The translations under genes were made by a program, and so were the position numbers. Shown here piece after piece: positions 19,269-28,785 of a stretch of 64,000 bases of DNA (its first letter is position 1; each line of letters starts with the position of its first letter). This DNA comes from an uncultured Erysipelotrichaceae bacterium (GTDB lineage: Bacteria; Bacillota_I; Bacilli_A; Erysipelotrichales; Erysipelotrichaceae). The stretch spans positions 52,630 through 116,629 of the forward strand of contig CAYQNJ010000001.1 of NCBI GenBank assembly GCA_964418835.1. The letters run 5' to 3'. The notes below the pieces were generated by a model that was not told the DNA's origin, made no database searches, and saw only the letters and a list, made by a program, of their open reading frames with translations.

Positions 19269-20999
19269 ATGGAAAATTTCCTTAAATTTATCAGTAGACT
19301 AGAAGTTATTATAGCAATTGCTGTAATTTTAATATTATTAATTATATGGTTAGTACTAAGAAAGGTTCAATCGAATAAATATAAAAAAGAGTTAGCTGAA
19401 CTTGAAGTTAGATATAATCAAATTAGTAGTATTCCTTTAGCATTTAAACTTAATAAAGCTGTTGCTATTGCAAGAGTTGATCAAGTTTTGTTAAAAAATG
19501 TAGCATTATGCAAAGATGATTTTGATTTAGCAACATCTAATTTAAAACAAATTTCGCAGTCTCTTGCGGATATTGAAGATAATATTTTAATTGGTAAATT
19601 AAAGTCAGTTAAAGAGGGTATTTTAGATTTAGAAAGTAGTGTTAAATTAGGTGAAGAACAAGTAGGAAAACTCAATACTTTCTTAGATGGTATATTAGAA
19701 AAAGAAACTGAACAAAGAGCTGAGGTTACACAATTAAAAGATAAATTTAGAGAATTGAAAAATGAAGCTAATGAAAAAAATAATTCTTTATCATATTCAT
19801 GGTCAACAATTGAAAAAAATATTACAAATATAGAAAACATGTTTTCATCTTTTGAAGAATGGATGTATGCTTCTGATTTTGAAAAAGCTAGTGCTGAATT
19901 GGTTGATATAAAAAGTTCTATTTCTAGATTAGATGAAATTGTAAAAGAATTACCTGATTTACTACAAGAATCAAGAGGTGTTATCCCTCACATGATTGAT
20001 GAAGTTAACGTAACAGCAGCGTCTTTAAATGAAAAGAATGTTTATTTAAATCATTTAAATGTAGAAGAGAATTTAAGAGTAATTATGAATTCTTTACGTA
20101 CTGATTTGGATAACCTTAAAAAAGGTGATGCAACTAATGTTAAAGGACATGTAGAAGATTATAAAACTAGATTATCTCAAATGCTTGATGCATTACATAA
20201 AGAAGGTAAATCTTTTGATGAGTTAAATCTTCTTGCTAAAGATAGCGGTAAGTTAATTATAGAAGCATCAAATAATTATAAATATGTTAAAAGTCAATTT
20301 GAAAAATCTTCTGTAAGGTTTGGATTAGAAGGTTTAGATGAAGAAATAAAATTAAACGATACTAAATTAGAAGAATTAGATGTAAAGCAAAAACAAGTAT
20401 TTGAACAAATATCTAAGAATGAATTACCAGCAAGCTCAGTTATTACAGCTTTAAAGGAATTATATTTAGATATTGAAAATTGTAATAATACTTTTAACAC
20501 AATGAAAAATAAATTAGATAGTGCTAAGAGTGATGAAGAAAGAGCTAATAAACAACTTCTTAAACTTCAATTGATAATGAATGAAATGCAAGTTAAGTTA
20601 AGAAAACATAGATTACCATCTATTTCTTCTAGCTATGAAGCTGATTTAATTCATGGTTATGAATATATTGCAAATATTGACAAATTAATTGGAGAAACTC
20701 CATTAGCTGTAGAGCTTTTAAACGCTACTTTAAAGGATGCAATTGATTTTATATATAAACTATACAACAATGTCAATAACATCGTAGGAATGGCTATAAT
20801 GGTTGAAAATACGATAGTATTTGGTAATAAGTATAGATCAACCTATCCAGATATAGATTCTGAATTAACAAGAGCTGAATTATGCTTTAGAAATGGTGAG
20901 TATACTCAAGCACTAACTATAGCAATAGCAACAATAGACAAGATACATCCAGGAAGTTATGAGAAATTGGTGAAGAATAATGCCGCAAGTGCAAAATAA
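19269..20999 (+). CDS. ezrA: Septation ring formation regulator EzrA
   Basis: Single N-terminal TM LEVIIAIAVILILLIIWLVL followed by ~540 aa of coiled-coil repeats; size and synteny (rpsD-ezrA-nifZ-thiI as in Bacillus). Confidence 0.85.
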   Translation: MENFLKFISRLEVIIAIAVILILLIIWLVLRKVQSNKYKKELAELEVRYNQISSIPLAFKLNKAVAIARVDQVLLKNVALCKDDFDLATSNLKQISQSLADIEDNILIGKLKSVKEGILDLESSVKLGEEQVGKLNTFLDGILEKETEQRAEVTQLKDKFRELKNEANEKNNSLSYSWSTIEKNITNIENMFSSFEEWMYASDFEKASAELVDIKSSISRLDEIVKELPDLLQESRGVIPHMIDEVNVTAASLNEKNVYLNHLNVEENLRVIMNSLRTDLDNLKKGDATNVKGHVEDYKTRLSQMLDALHKEGKSFDELNLLAKDSGKLIIEASNNYKYVKSQFEKSSVRFGLEGLDEEIKLNDTKLEELDVKQKQVFEQISKNELPASSVITALKELYLDIENCNNTFNTMKNKLDSAKSDEERANKQLLKLQLIMNEMQVKLRKHRLPSISSSYEADLIHGYEYIANIDKLIGETPLAVELLNATLKDAIDFIYKLYNNVNNIVGMAIMVENTIVFGNKYRSTYPDIDSELTRAELCFRNGEYTQALTIAIATIDKIHPGSYEKLVKNNAASAK

Positions 21000-22119
21000 A
21001 ATATATTTAGATAATGCAAGTACTACAAAAGTAAATAAGGATGTTTTAAGTAGCTATCAGAAATTGATAGCTACTTATTTTGAAAATAGTGATGCTTTAT
21101 ATGATTCAAGCATTTATATAAAATCATTACAAGAAAAATGTAGAGAAGCTATTTCTAAGTACTTTAATGTACCACTAAAAAGTATTATCTTTACAAGTGG
21201 GGCTAGTGAGTCTAATAATATGGCAATTAAAGGTGTTGCACTTGCTAATAAAGAAAAAAAACATATTATAACTAGTAAAATAGAACATTCCAGTGTTATG
21301 AATGCTGTTCTTCAATTAAAAGAAGTATTTGGATATGAAGTTACTTTTTTGGATGTAAATGAAAATGGTGTTATTAATGTTGATGATCTTAGAAGTTCAT
21401 TAAGAGAAGATACTTGTTTGGTCTCTATTATGTATGTTAATAATGAAGTAGGTAGTATTAATCCTATAAATGAAATATCAAAACTTGTAAAAAAAGAATC
21501 TAGTGCTTATTTACATGTAGATATGGTTCAAGCGTTAGGGAAGATAGACATTGATTTAAAAGATATTGATCTTGCAAGTTTTTCAGCACACAAAATTGAA
21601 GGTTTAAAGGGTAGTGGGTTACTTATAAAAAAACCTCATGTTAAAATGATTCCTCTTATTAGTGGTGGCCAACAAGAGTTTGGATTAAGAGGAGGAACTA
21701 GTAATTCATTAGTAAATGCTTTGTTTTATAAAACCATAAGATTATTTATTGAAAATAATGATAAAAAATATATAAAAAAATTAAATAATTATTTAATAAA
21801 AGAATTAAAAAAAATAGAAGGAATATTGATTAATACTCCTACTAATTCAGTTGATAATATAATTAATATTTCTTGTGAAAATATTTATAGTGAAGTGATG
21901 ATGAATGCATTAAATTTAAAAGGAATATGTGTATCTGCACAAAGTACATGTTCTAGTAATTCTAATAATCCTAGCAGAGTTTTATTAGCTATGGGTTATA
22001 GTAATTTAAGAAGTAACACTTGTATTAGAATAAGTTTATCGAAAGATAATACGATTGAAGAATTGGATTATTTTATACAATCACTAAAGGAGATAATAAA
22101 CAAATATGGTAATTTATGA
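20980..22119 (+). CDS. Cysteine desulfurase (class V aminotransferase; NifZ/IscS-like partner of ThiI)
   Basis: KIYLDNASTT N-terminus; PLP-lysine region SFSAHKIEGLKG; immediately upstream of and overlapping thiI. Confidence 0.85.
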   Translation: MPQVQNKIYLDNASTTKVNKDVLSSYQKLIATYFENSDALYDSSIYIKSLQEKCREAISKYFNVPLKSIIFTSGASESNNMAIKGVALANKEKKHIITSKIEHSSVMNAVLQLKEVFGYEVTFLDVNENGVINVDDLRSSLREDTCLVSIMYVNNEVGSINPINEISKLVKKESSAYLHVDMVQALGKIDIDLKDIDLASFSAHKIEGLKGSGLLIKKPHVKMIPLISGGQQEFGLRGGTSNSLVNALFYKTIRLFIENNDKKYIKKLNNYLIKELKKIEGILINTPTNSVDNIINISCENIYSEVMMNALNLKGICVSAQSTCSSNSNNPSRVLLAMGYSNLRSNTCIRISLSKDNTIEELDYFIQSLKEIINKYGNL

Positions 22120-23293
22120 TACTGTCTTAGTAAGATATGGAGAACTAACAACGAAGGGTAAAAATAGAAATATTTTCATTAGAAAACTTTTAGATAATAT
22201 AAAAAACTCATTAAAAGATTTAAAAAAACTTGAATTTAGTAGCACAAGAGATAGAATATATATAAAAATAAATGGAGAAGATACTAATATAATTGAGGAT
22301 AGATTAAAAGATGTTTTTGGTATAAGTTCTTTTAGCTTTACTTGTAAAATTAATTCAAATATAGATACTATTAAAGAAACTACTTTTAATTTAATGAAAG
22401 ATTTAGGAGATTCTACTTTTAAGGTTATAACTAAAAGACAATATAAAGAATTTGATATGAGTAGTGATGCAGTTAATAGAGCAGTTGCATCAAATATATT
22501 GATAAATACTAACCATAAGGTTGATGTTCATAATCCAAATATTAAAGTAAATATTGAGATCCAAAAAGACCATACATATATAACTAGTAATAAAATAGAA
22601 GGCGCAAAAGGATATCCAACTGGTGTTAATGGAAAAGTGTTACTTTTATTATCAGGTGGAATCGATTCTCCTGTTGCTGCGTATTATATTATGAAAAGAG
22701 GTATAGAAGTGGAGGCTATTCACTATGCATCTCCTCCATACACATCAACACAAGCTCAAGATAAGGTTTTAGAACTTGCTAAAATTGTTAGTAGATATCA
22801 AGGTAAGATGAGAGTGCATATAGTTAACTTTACTGATTTACAGATGGAAATATATGCAAGATGTAATGAATCATATACTATAACAATTATGAGGAGAATG
22901 ATGTTTAGGATAGCTGAAAAAGTTGCAAACAAAAGAAATTGTTTAGCTATTGCAACTGGAGAAAATTTAGGACAGGTAGCTTCTCAAACCTTAGATAGTT
23001 TATCTGTAATAAATGAAGTTACAAAGATGCCTGTAATAAGACCACTTATAACTTTTGATAAAATTGATATAATTGATGTATCAAATAAAATAGGTACATA
23101 CAAAACATCAATACTACCTTATGAAGATTGTTGTACTATTTTTACTCCAAAAAACCCAGTTACTAAACCAAAATTAGAAAAATCTATTAAATATGAAAAC
23201 AATTTTGATTATGAATCATATATAAATGATTGTGTAGAAAATATGAATTCAATTTTAATTTTACCAAGTGTTACAGAAGATGAGTATCTATAG
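22106..23293 (+). CDS. thiI: tRNA 4-thiouridine synthase ThiI
   Basis: THUMP domain N-terminus (VLVRYGELTTKGKNR); PP-loop LLLLSGGIDSPVAA. Confidence 0.9.
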   Translation: MVIYDTVLVRYGELTTKGKNRNIFIRKLLDNIKNSLKDLKKLEFSSTRDRIYIKINGEDTNIIEDRLKDVFGISSFSFTCKINSNIDTIKETTFNLMKDLGDSTFKVITKRQYKEFDMSSDAVNRAVASNILINTNHKVDVHNPNIKVNIEIQKDHTYITSNKIEGAKGYPTGVNGKVLLLLSGGIDSPVAAYYIMKRGIEVEAIHYASPPYTSTQAQDKVLELAKIVSRYQGKMRVHIVNFTDLQMEIYARCNESYTITIMRRMMFRIAEKVANKRNCLAIATGENLGQVASQTLDSLSVINEVTKMPVIRPLITFDKIDIIDVSNKIGTYKTSILPYEDCCTIFTPKNPVTKPKLEKSIKYENNFDYESYINDCVENMNSILILPSVTEDEYL

Positions 23294-23304
23294 GAGATAA
23301 TATT

Positions 23305-23547
23305 ATGTTTTTTAAAAAGAATAAAAATGGATTAAAAATAATTGAAACTTATTCAAATGTATTTGATAGTAAATATGAAGGTTCTATTAGTAATGAATTA
23401 TTAGATATATCTAATTTAGTTCAAAATGATGAAGGATTTAATACTAATAAAAAACTTCAAATTTATGATGTGATTTCTAAATTAAAAAATTGCAAAAAGA
23501 ATGAAAGAAGTAAGTATGCAAAACAATTAGAAAAACTATTAAAATAA
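23305..23547 (+). CDS. Small hypothetical protein (80 aa, Lys-rich)
   Basis: ORF with upstream RBS GGAG; no recognisable domain. Confidence 0.4.
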   Translation: MFFKKNKNGLKIIETYSNVFDSKYEGSISNELLDISNLVQNDEGFNTNKKLQIYDVISKLKNCKKNERSKYAKQLEKLLK

Positions 23548-23550
23548 AAT

Positions 23551-23575
23551 ACAGCCTATTCAGGTAAGGCTGTAT
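23551..23575. terminator. Bidirectional terminator between convergent genes
   Basis: acagcct...aggctgt hairpin overlapping the convergent gene ends. Confidence 0.6.
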
Positions 23576-24431
23576 TATCTTGGAATTGTTTATGTTTTAA
23601 TGTGTAAATTACTATTTCTGCATTAGATAAGAATCTAACATCTTCTATCACTGTGCCAGTGCCACTTGAAATATCTACTTTAACCTTATCATCAATAGTA
23701 TGTTTGCCTCTGTAATAAAGTGATGTAAAATCTGGTTTATATAATGAATCAAATATAAAATAAGCTTGACCTCCTAGACTATGTCCAGAAAGATATAAAT
23801 CGGTTAAGTATTTTTCTATTTTAACAACAGTGTCTGGTGTATGACAAAGAGTAATAGTATATGATAATTTTGGTATATTATTATATGCTTGTTCAATATT
23901 AATATTTCCGTTATCTTCACTATCTATACCCACTATATTAATTGATTGTGATCCTTTGTTTCTTAATTTTATATTATCATTATTTATAATTTCAAAATTA
24001 CTATCATATAGTATTTGATTAACAATATCTAAATTATTATGGTCTTGATCTCCATACACAGCAAATTTACCTAATGGGGCATCAATACTTTTTAATAGTT
24101 CTTTTATTGAATCTAAGGTTTCATTATCAATAGAATTAACACTTTCAGAATGTAATAAATCTCCACCAAATAAAATAATATCAGCTCCAGAATTGTTTAT
24201 TAAATTAATTAGCTTTTTAAATCTATTAATATCCATAAATTTTCCGAAATGAACATCAGAAAAGTATAAAATATTTGTATTGTTCAGTTGTTCTGGTATT
24301 CTTGTGGATGAAAGAGTTTCAAATCTTGCGATAAATCTATTAGGTGCATTATTATATGCATCAAAAAAAAGTCCTCCAACAATTAAGACTAATATTATAA
24401 ATGCTGTAATAACCTTGTTAAGAATTTTCAT
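23556..24431 (-). CDS. Membrane-anchored metallophosphoesterase (calcineurin-like, YkuE-type)
   Basis: N-terminal TM; motifs DVHFG, GGDLLH, GHSLGGQ. Confidence 0.8.
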   Translation of the reverse strand: MKILNKVITAFIILVLIVGGLFFDAYNNAPNRFIARFETLSSTRIPEQLNNTNILYFSDVHFGKFMDINRFKKLINLINNSGADIILFGGDLLHSESVNSIDNETLDSIKELLKSIDAPLGKFAVYGDQDHNNLDIVNQILYDSNFEIINNDNIKLRNKGSQSINIVGIDSEDNGNINIEQAYNNIPKLSYTITLCHTPDTVVKIEKYLTDLYLSGHSLGGQAYFIFDSLYKPDFTSLYYRGKHTIDDKVKVDISSGTGTVIEDVRFLSNAEIVIYTLKHKQFQDNTALPE

Positions 24432-24540
24432 AATTCACCTTTTATTTCTTAATTATTATATAACAAAAATATTATTTATTCATTTTTATGCATTAATTAA
24501 TTTATTATAGATTATGATATAATCAACTAGGGGCTAGAAT

Positions 24541-25311
24541 ATGATAAATAATAAATTTTATATGATTGATTTAGATGGCACAATGTATCATGGTACAAAT
24601 ATTTTACCTGGTGCAAAGGAGTTTATTAACTATTTAATTAAAAATAAAGTACAATTTATTTTTTTAACTAATAACTCTTCAAGAACTCAAGAACAAGCCG
24701 CAAAACATATGTTGAATATGGGTTTTGAAAATATTGAGTCATCTATGTTTTATACAAGTGCTATGGCAGCTGCGGATACAATATCTAGGCTTTATCCTTC
24801 TAAGAAAAAAGCTGCATATATAGGTGAAAAGGGGATGAGACAAGCGTTAATTGATTATGACTTTGTGATCGAACCTGATTCACCTGATTTCTTGTTTGTT
24901 GGTTTGGATAGACAAGCAACATATAGGGACTATAGTTTTGCATTAAGAGCATTAAAAAAAGGTGCCATGTTAATTGGCACAAATAATGATAGAATTTTAT
25001 TATCTCAAGATGGAATTAATGTTGGTAATGGTTCAGTTGTTGCTATGTTTGAATATGCAGCAAATGTTGAAGCGTTTAAAATTGGAAAACCTCATCCTGC
25101 AATAATAGAAGGTGCTTTAAGATATTGTAATGTACTTAAAGAAGATGTAATTATTATTGGTGATAATTTAGAAACAGATATTAAACTTGGAGAAAATGCT
25201 GGTATAGAAACCATACTAGTTACAACTGGTGTTAATACTATGGAAGATTGTTATAGATTAAATATTAAACCTACATATATTATTGATAAATTATCTAACT
25301 TAATAAGATAA
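24541..25311 (+). CDS. HAD-IIA family hydrolase (NagD/YutF-like)
   Basis: MIDLDGTMYHG motif I, FLTNNSS motif II, IIGDNLETDI motif IV. Confidence 0.85.
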   Translation: MINNKFYMIDLDGTMYHGTNILPGAKEFINYLIKNKVQFIFLTNNSSRTQEQAAKHMLNMGFENIESSMFYTSAMAAADTISRLYPSKKKAAYIGEKGMRQALIDYDFVIEPDSPDFLFVGLDRQATYRDYSFALRALKKGAMLIGTNNDRILLSQDGINVGNGSVVAMFEYAANVEAFKIGKPHPAIIEGALRYCNVLKEDVIIIGDNLETDIKLGENAGIETILVTTGVNTMEDCYRLNIKPTYIIDKLSNLIR

Positions 25312-26016
25312 CTAGCACATTTCTACAAATCTTTTAAATATTTCAAAGTGTTTTAAATCATATATTAGTCGTTCTGGATGCCATTGAACGGCTATTATTT
25401 TTTTATCTAATATTTCTATGGCTTCTATTATTCCATCATCTGATTTAGAGGATATAGTAATTTGTGAAGGCACATCCTTTATTGATTGATGATGAAAACT
25501 ATTTATTGTGTATTCCTTATTAAAGATTTCATACATTAATGTTCCTTTTACAAAATTTGTTTTATAAATCATCGAATCATTATTTGGTTTTGGGTCTAAT
25601 AGGTTTTGTGAGTGTTGTATTGTTTCATCATATTGCATTGGTATATCTTGATATAAACTTCCCTTAAAGTATACGTTTAATATTTGTAGTCCTTTACAAA
25701 TTCCAAAAATAGGTATCTTTTTATTTATAGCGATATCTATTAGATTTAAATCATTAATGTCTTCTTTTAACTCAGTAGGCTTAGAATAAGTAACTTCTTC
25801 ATTATAAAGACTAGGATTAACATCGTTACCACCTGTAATAAGTAATCCATCTATATTTTTCATAACTACTTCTAAATCATCTTTACTTGTTATTGGTAGC
25901 ATAACTGGAATCCCACCAGCTTTAATTATTGCTTCAAAATAGTTTTGATAAACGTTAAATATATCAGTTTCATAAATATTATTAACTCTTGGAGTTACAC
26001 CTATTATTTTTTTCAT
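25312..26016 (-). CDS. Class I glutamine amidotransferase (peptidase C26, gamma-glutamyl-GABA hydrolase family)
   Basis: GICKGLQ catalytic Cys region, HH...QWHPE His/Glu. Confidence 0.8.
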   Translation of the reverse strand: MKKIIGVTPRVNNIYETDIFNVYQNYFEAIIKAGGIPVMLPITSKDDLEVVMKNIDGLLITGGNDVNPSLYNEEVTYSKPTELKEDINDLNLIDIAINKKIPIFGICKGLQILNVYFKGSLYQDIPMQYDETIQHSQNLLDPKPNNDSMIYKTNFVKGTLMYEIFNKEYTINSFHHQSIKDVPSQITISSKSDDGIIEAIEILDKKIIAVQWHPERLIYDLKHFEIFKRFVEMC

Positions 26017-26963
26017 GTTTTTACCTTTCTCTTTAACAAATCACCTTGATAATAATCATTCTTAGCCATAAGCTTATCTATTTCATTTAGTACTATAGTT
26101 TTTCTTGGTAACCATTTTGGTTGTATTAAGTCTTCTTCTAGAGGATCTCCTGTTACTCTTTGTATTACTATCTCTTCTTTTAATAATCTTAATTGATTAA
26201 CAACTATGTCTACATATTCTTCTAAAGTTAATAAATGAAAAGGTTCTTTTTCATATAATTTACTCAATATAGTGTTTTTTGTAATACTTAACATATGAAT
26301 TTTTAATGCATCAATTGGCAGTGAATTAATATCTTTTATAGTTTGAATCATATCTTCTTTAGTTTCATTGGGTAAACCGTTAATTATATGAACACATGTT
26401 TTAATATTTGTTTTACTTAGTTGTAATACAATTTCTTTGAAGGTATTAAAATTATGACATCTGTTTATATAATTTGCAGTATCATCATTAGAACTTTGTA
26501 AACCTAATTCTATCCATATTTCTTTTTTTGTAGTTAAAGTATTAATATAGTTAATTTTTTCTTCATCTAAACAATCAGCACGAGTTGCAATGGAAATAGC
26601 AACTACTTCATCATTTTCAATAAAAGGGGATAGCATATTCTTTATTTTTTCTAAAGAACCATATGTATTTGAATAAGATTGAAAATAGGCAATAAACTTG
26701 CTGTTTGGCCATTTATTTATTACTAAAGATTTAGCATCTTCAAATTGTAGTGATATATCTTTTATTAGACTTGTAAATTCACCACTGCCGCTTTCAGAAC
26801 AAAATATACAACCACCATATCCTTTAGTTCCATCTCTATTAGGACAAGTAAAACCGGCATCAAGTGGAATTTTTGCGACTTTAACTTTATATTTATTTTT
26901 TAAATAATAATTAAAAGTATGATATCTTTTATTATCATTGCTGTATTTAAATTTATTTAACAT
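26013..26963 (-). CDS. Radical SAM protein, TIGR01212 family (YtqA-like)
   Basis: CPNRDGTKGYGGCIFC cysteine motif and downstream GLQS/wing domain typical of TIGR01212. Confidence 0.75.
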   Translation of the reverse strand: MLNKFKYSNDNKRYHTFNYYLKNKYKVKVAKIPLDAGFTCPNRDGTKGYGGCIFCSESGSGEFTSLIKDISLQFEDAKSLVINKWPNSKFIAYFQSYSNTYGSLEKIKNMLSPFIENDEVVAISIATRADCLDEEKINYINTLTTKKEIWIELGLQSSNDDTANYINRCHNFNTFKEIVLQLSKTNIKTCVHIINGLPNETKEDMIQTIKDINSLPIDALKIHMLSITKNTILSKLYEKEPFHLLTLEEYVDIVVNQLRLLKEEIVIQRVTGDPLEEDLIQPKWLPRKTIVLNEIDKLMAKNDYYQGDLLKRKVKT

Positions 26964-26990
26964 GAAATAATTATATCAAAAAAAGCCTTG

Positions 26991-27824
26991 TTAGGCTTCT
27001 ATTGTTTGAATAGCTACACACTTTGGACCACCTTGAGTTATAAAAGCACAAGATAGTTCTAATATTTCTATTGGTGTATTTGGAAATACTTCTTTAAATT
27101 TTTCTTTTGCATATTCTGCATCAGATAAATTAAATCCATGTGATATATATAATCTATGTTTTTCATTTAGTTTATTTTTATAGAAATCTATTATCTTACT
27201 TACGGCAATTTTATAATTTCTACCAGTAACAAATTTATCTAAACGTTTCCCATCAGCTGTTTGAGTAACAACAGGTTGAAGTTTTAAAACACCAGCTAAT
27301 GTTGCAGCAATTGGCGTTAATCTTCCTCCACGTTTTAAATAACCAAAGTCTTGAGGTAATAAGAATGAAGTTGTTGTGTCTATTTTATGATTTATAAAAG
27401 TTATAACTTCTTCTAAACTTTTACCTTCATTAATTAATTTCATTGTTTCCTCAACTAAATATTTATGAGGTCCACATAATGTTTTAGTGTTTATTACATG
27501 AATATGATCGTTTTTTTCTATACTATTTTTTGCGAGTAATGCAGTTTGATAAGTACCACTTAAGCCATCGGCAATTGTAAGTACAATGATTTGATCGTTT
27601 GGATACAAATTAAAAGTATCTATTAATTGTCCCACAGAAGGTTGTGATGAAGTTGGTGTATATCCTTGATTGATAATCTTTACAAATTCATCTGCTTCAA
27701 TATCAACAAATTCTACATATTGTTTATCATTGATAGTTACTAAGAGTGGATTTACTACAAAACCCATTTCTTTAGCTTGTGCAGGTGTATAAAGACATGC
27801 TGAATCAGTTATTAGTTTAATCAT
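26991..27824 (-). CDS. DegV family fatty-acid-binding protein
   Basis: MIKLITDSAC... DegV N-terminus, 277 aa. Confidence 0.8.
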   Translation of the reverse strand: MIKLITDSACLYTPAQAKEMGFVVNPLLVTINDKQYVEFVDIEADEFVKIINQGYTPTSSQPSVGQLIDTFNLYPNDQIIVLTIADGLSGTYQTALLAKNSIEKNDHIHVINTKTLCGPHKYLVEETMKLINEGKSLEEVITFINHKIDTTTSFLLPQDFGYLKRGGRLTPIAATLAGVLKLQPVVTQTADGKRLDKFVTGRNYKIAVSKIIDFYKNKLNEKHRLYISHGFNLSDAEYAKEKFKEVFPNTPIEILELSCAFITQGGPKCVAIQTIEA

Positions 27825-27834
27825 AAGGGCTCCT

Positions 27835-28470
27835 TTATATAATGAATAATATTGTTGCGATTACATGAAGTCCAGTTCCTAGTAATATAAATAAATGAAA
27901 TAGTTCATGAAATCCCCAGTTTTTTGATATATTTGGTTTTTTAATAATATAAATCAATGCACCTATAGTATACGATATACCTCCAGCAACTATGAGTGAT
28001 ATGTATGCTTTTGGTACAGAAGGAAATTGAGGAAATTTTATTATAATTGCCCAACCCATAATTACATATAAAAGTGTATATAGAATTCTGGGAGCATTTA
28101 ACCAAAATATTTTTCCTAATATTCCTATTAAAGCTACTATCCACATTTGAGTTATAAATAATTTACCATCTTTTAAATAAGTTAAACAAAATGGAGTATA
28201 TGATCCAGCAATTAATACATATATCATTGCATGATCTAACTTATGAAAGAAAGTAATATATTTACTATTGGATTTAACATAGTGGTATATACTTGATGCA
28301 CTATATAGAAGTAGAATTGATATAGAAAATATCAACATGGATATTGAGGCAATTAAACTTCCTTTATTTATAAATATATAAATAGTGGAGAATATTACAA
28401 GTATTAAACCACCAATAGCGCCAAATAGATGTGTGATAAAGCTAATTGGATCTCTAGCATTATTGTACAT
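27835..28470 (-). CDS. Hemolysin III / PAQR family membrane protein
   Basis: 7-TM protein with conserved His motifs (HxxxH...HELFH). Confidence 0.75.
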   Translation of the reverse strand: MYNNARDPISFITHLFGAIGGLILVIFSTIYIFINKGSLIASISMLIFSISILLLYSASSIYHYVKSNSKYITFFHKLDHAMIYVLIAGSYTPFCLTYLKDGKLFITQMWIVALIGILGKIFWLNAPRILYTLLYVIMGWAIIIKFPQFPSVPKAYISLIVAGGISYTIGALIYIIKKPNISKNWGFHELFHLFILLGTGLHVIATILFII

Positions 28471-28547
28471 ATACTTCTCCTTTATCTAGTTTTAATAACT
28501 AGATAATATGATTATAACAATATAATGATAAATATGCTATTATTTTT

Positions 28548-28775
28548 TGACTTTAAAGATAAATTTTAATATTATATTAATGTACGTTGAAACAAAGTAG
28601 TAGGTAACTAAAGTTATATAGAGAGTCAAGGGTTGGTGAAACTTGATTAATTATGTTATTGAACTTGTTGTGGAGTAATGTAATTCCTGCTTTAAAGGAT
28701 TTTGAGTGCATGTTTAACATGAACTAAGGTGGTACCGCGTAATTATTACGTCCTTAGAATGGACGTTTTTTATTT
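28548..28775 (+). promoter_or_regulatory. Promoter plus T-box leader of leuS (candidate CUU Leu specifier)
   Basis: TTGACT-17-TATTAT promoter; Stem I start GUUGAAACAAAGUAGUAGG; T-box gaactaaggtggtaccgcg 28721-28739; terminator acgtcc...ggacgt + T-run 28749-28775. Confidence 0.8.
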
Positions 28776-28785
28776 TGGAGGAAAT

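Noticed and set aside
19481-20500. Minus-strand ORFs (19481-19840, 20294-20500) inside ezrA
   Set aside because: Antisense to ezrA coiled-coil coding sequence; Ser/Phe-rich low-complexity
24280-24510. 76-aa plus-strand ORF overlapping the metallophosphoesterase 5' end
   Set aside because: Antisense to the N-terminal TM/catalytic region of a conserved enzyme
24800-24982. 60-aa minus-strand ORF inside the HAD hydrolase gene
   Set aside because: Antisense, no RBS
26698-26907. 69-aa plus-strand ORF inside the radical-SAM gene
   Set aside because: Antisense to the conserved Cys-motif region
27941-28144. 67-aa minus-strand ORF in a second frame inside the hemolysin III gene
   Set aside because: Same strand but different frame from the longer, family-consistent ORF
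28729-28785. N-terminal extension of the leuS ORF
   Set aside because: Lies within the T-box terminator; ATG 28786 has RBS GGAGGA and matches LeuS N-termini
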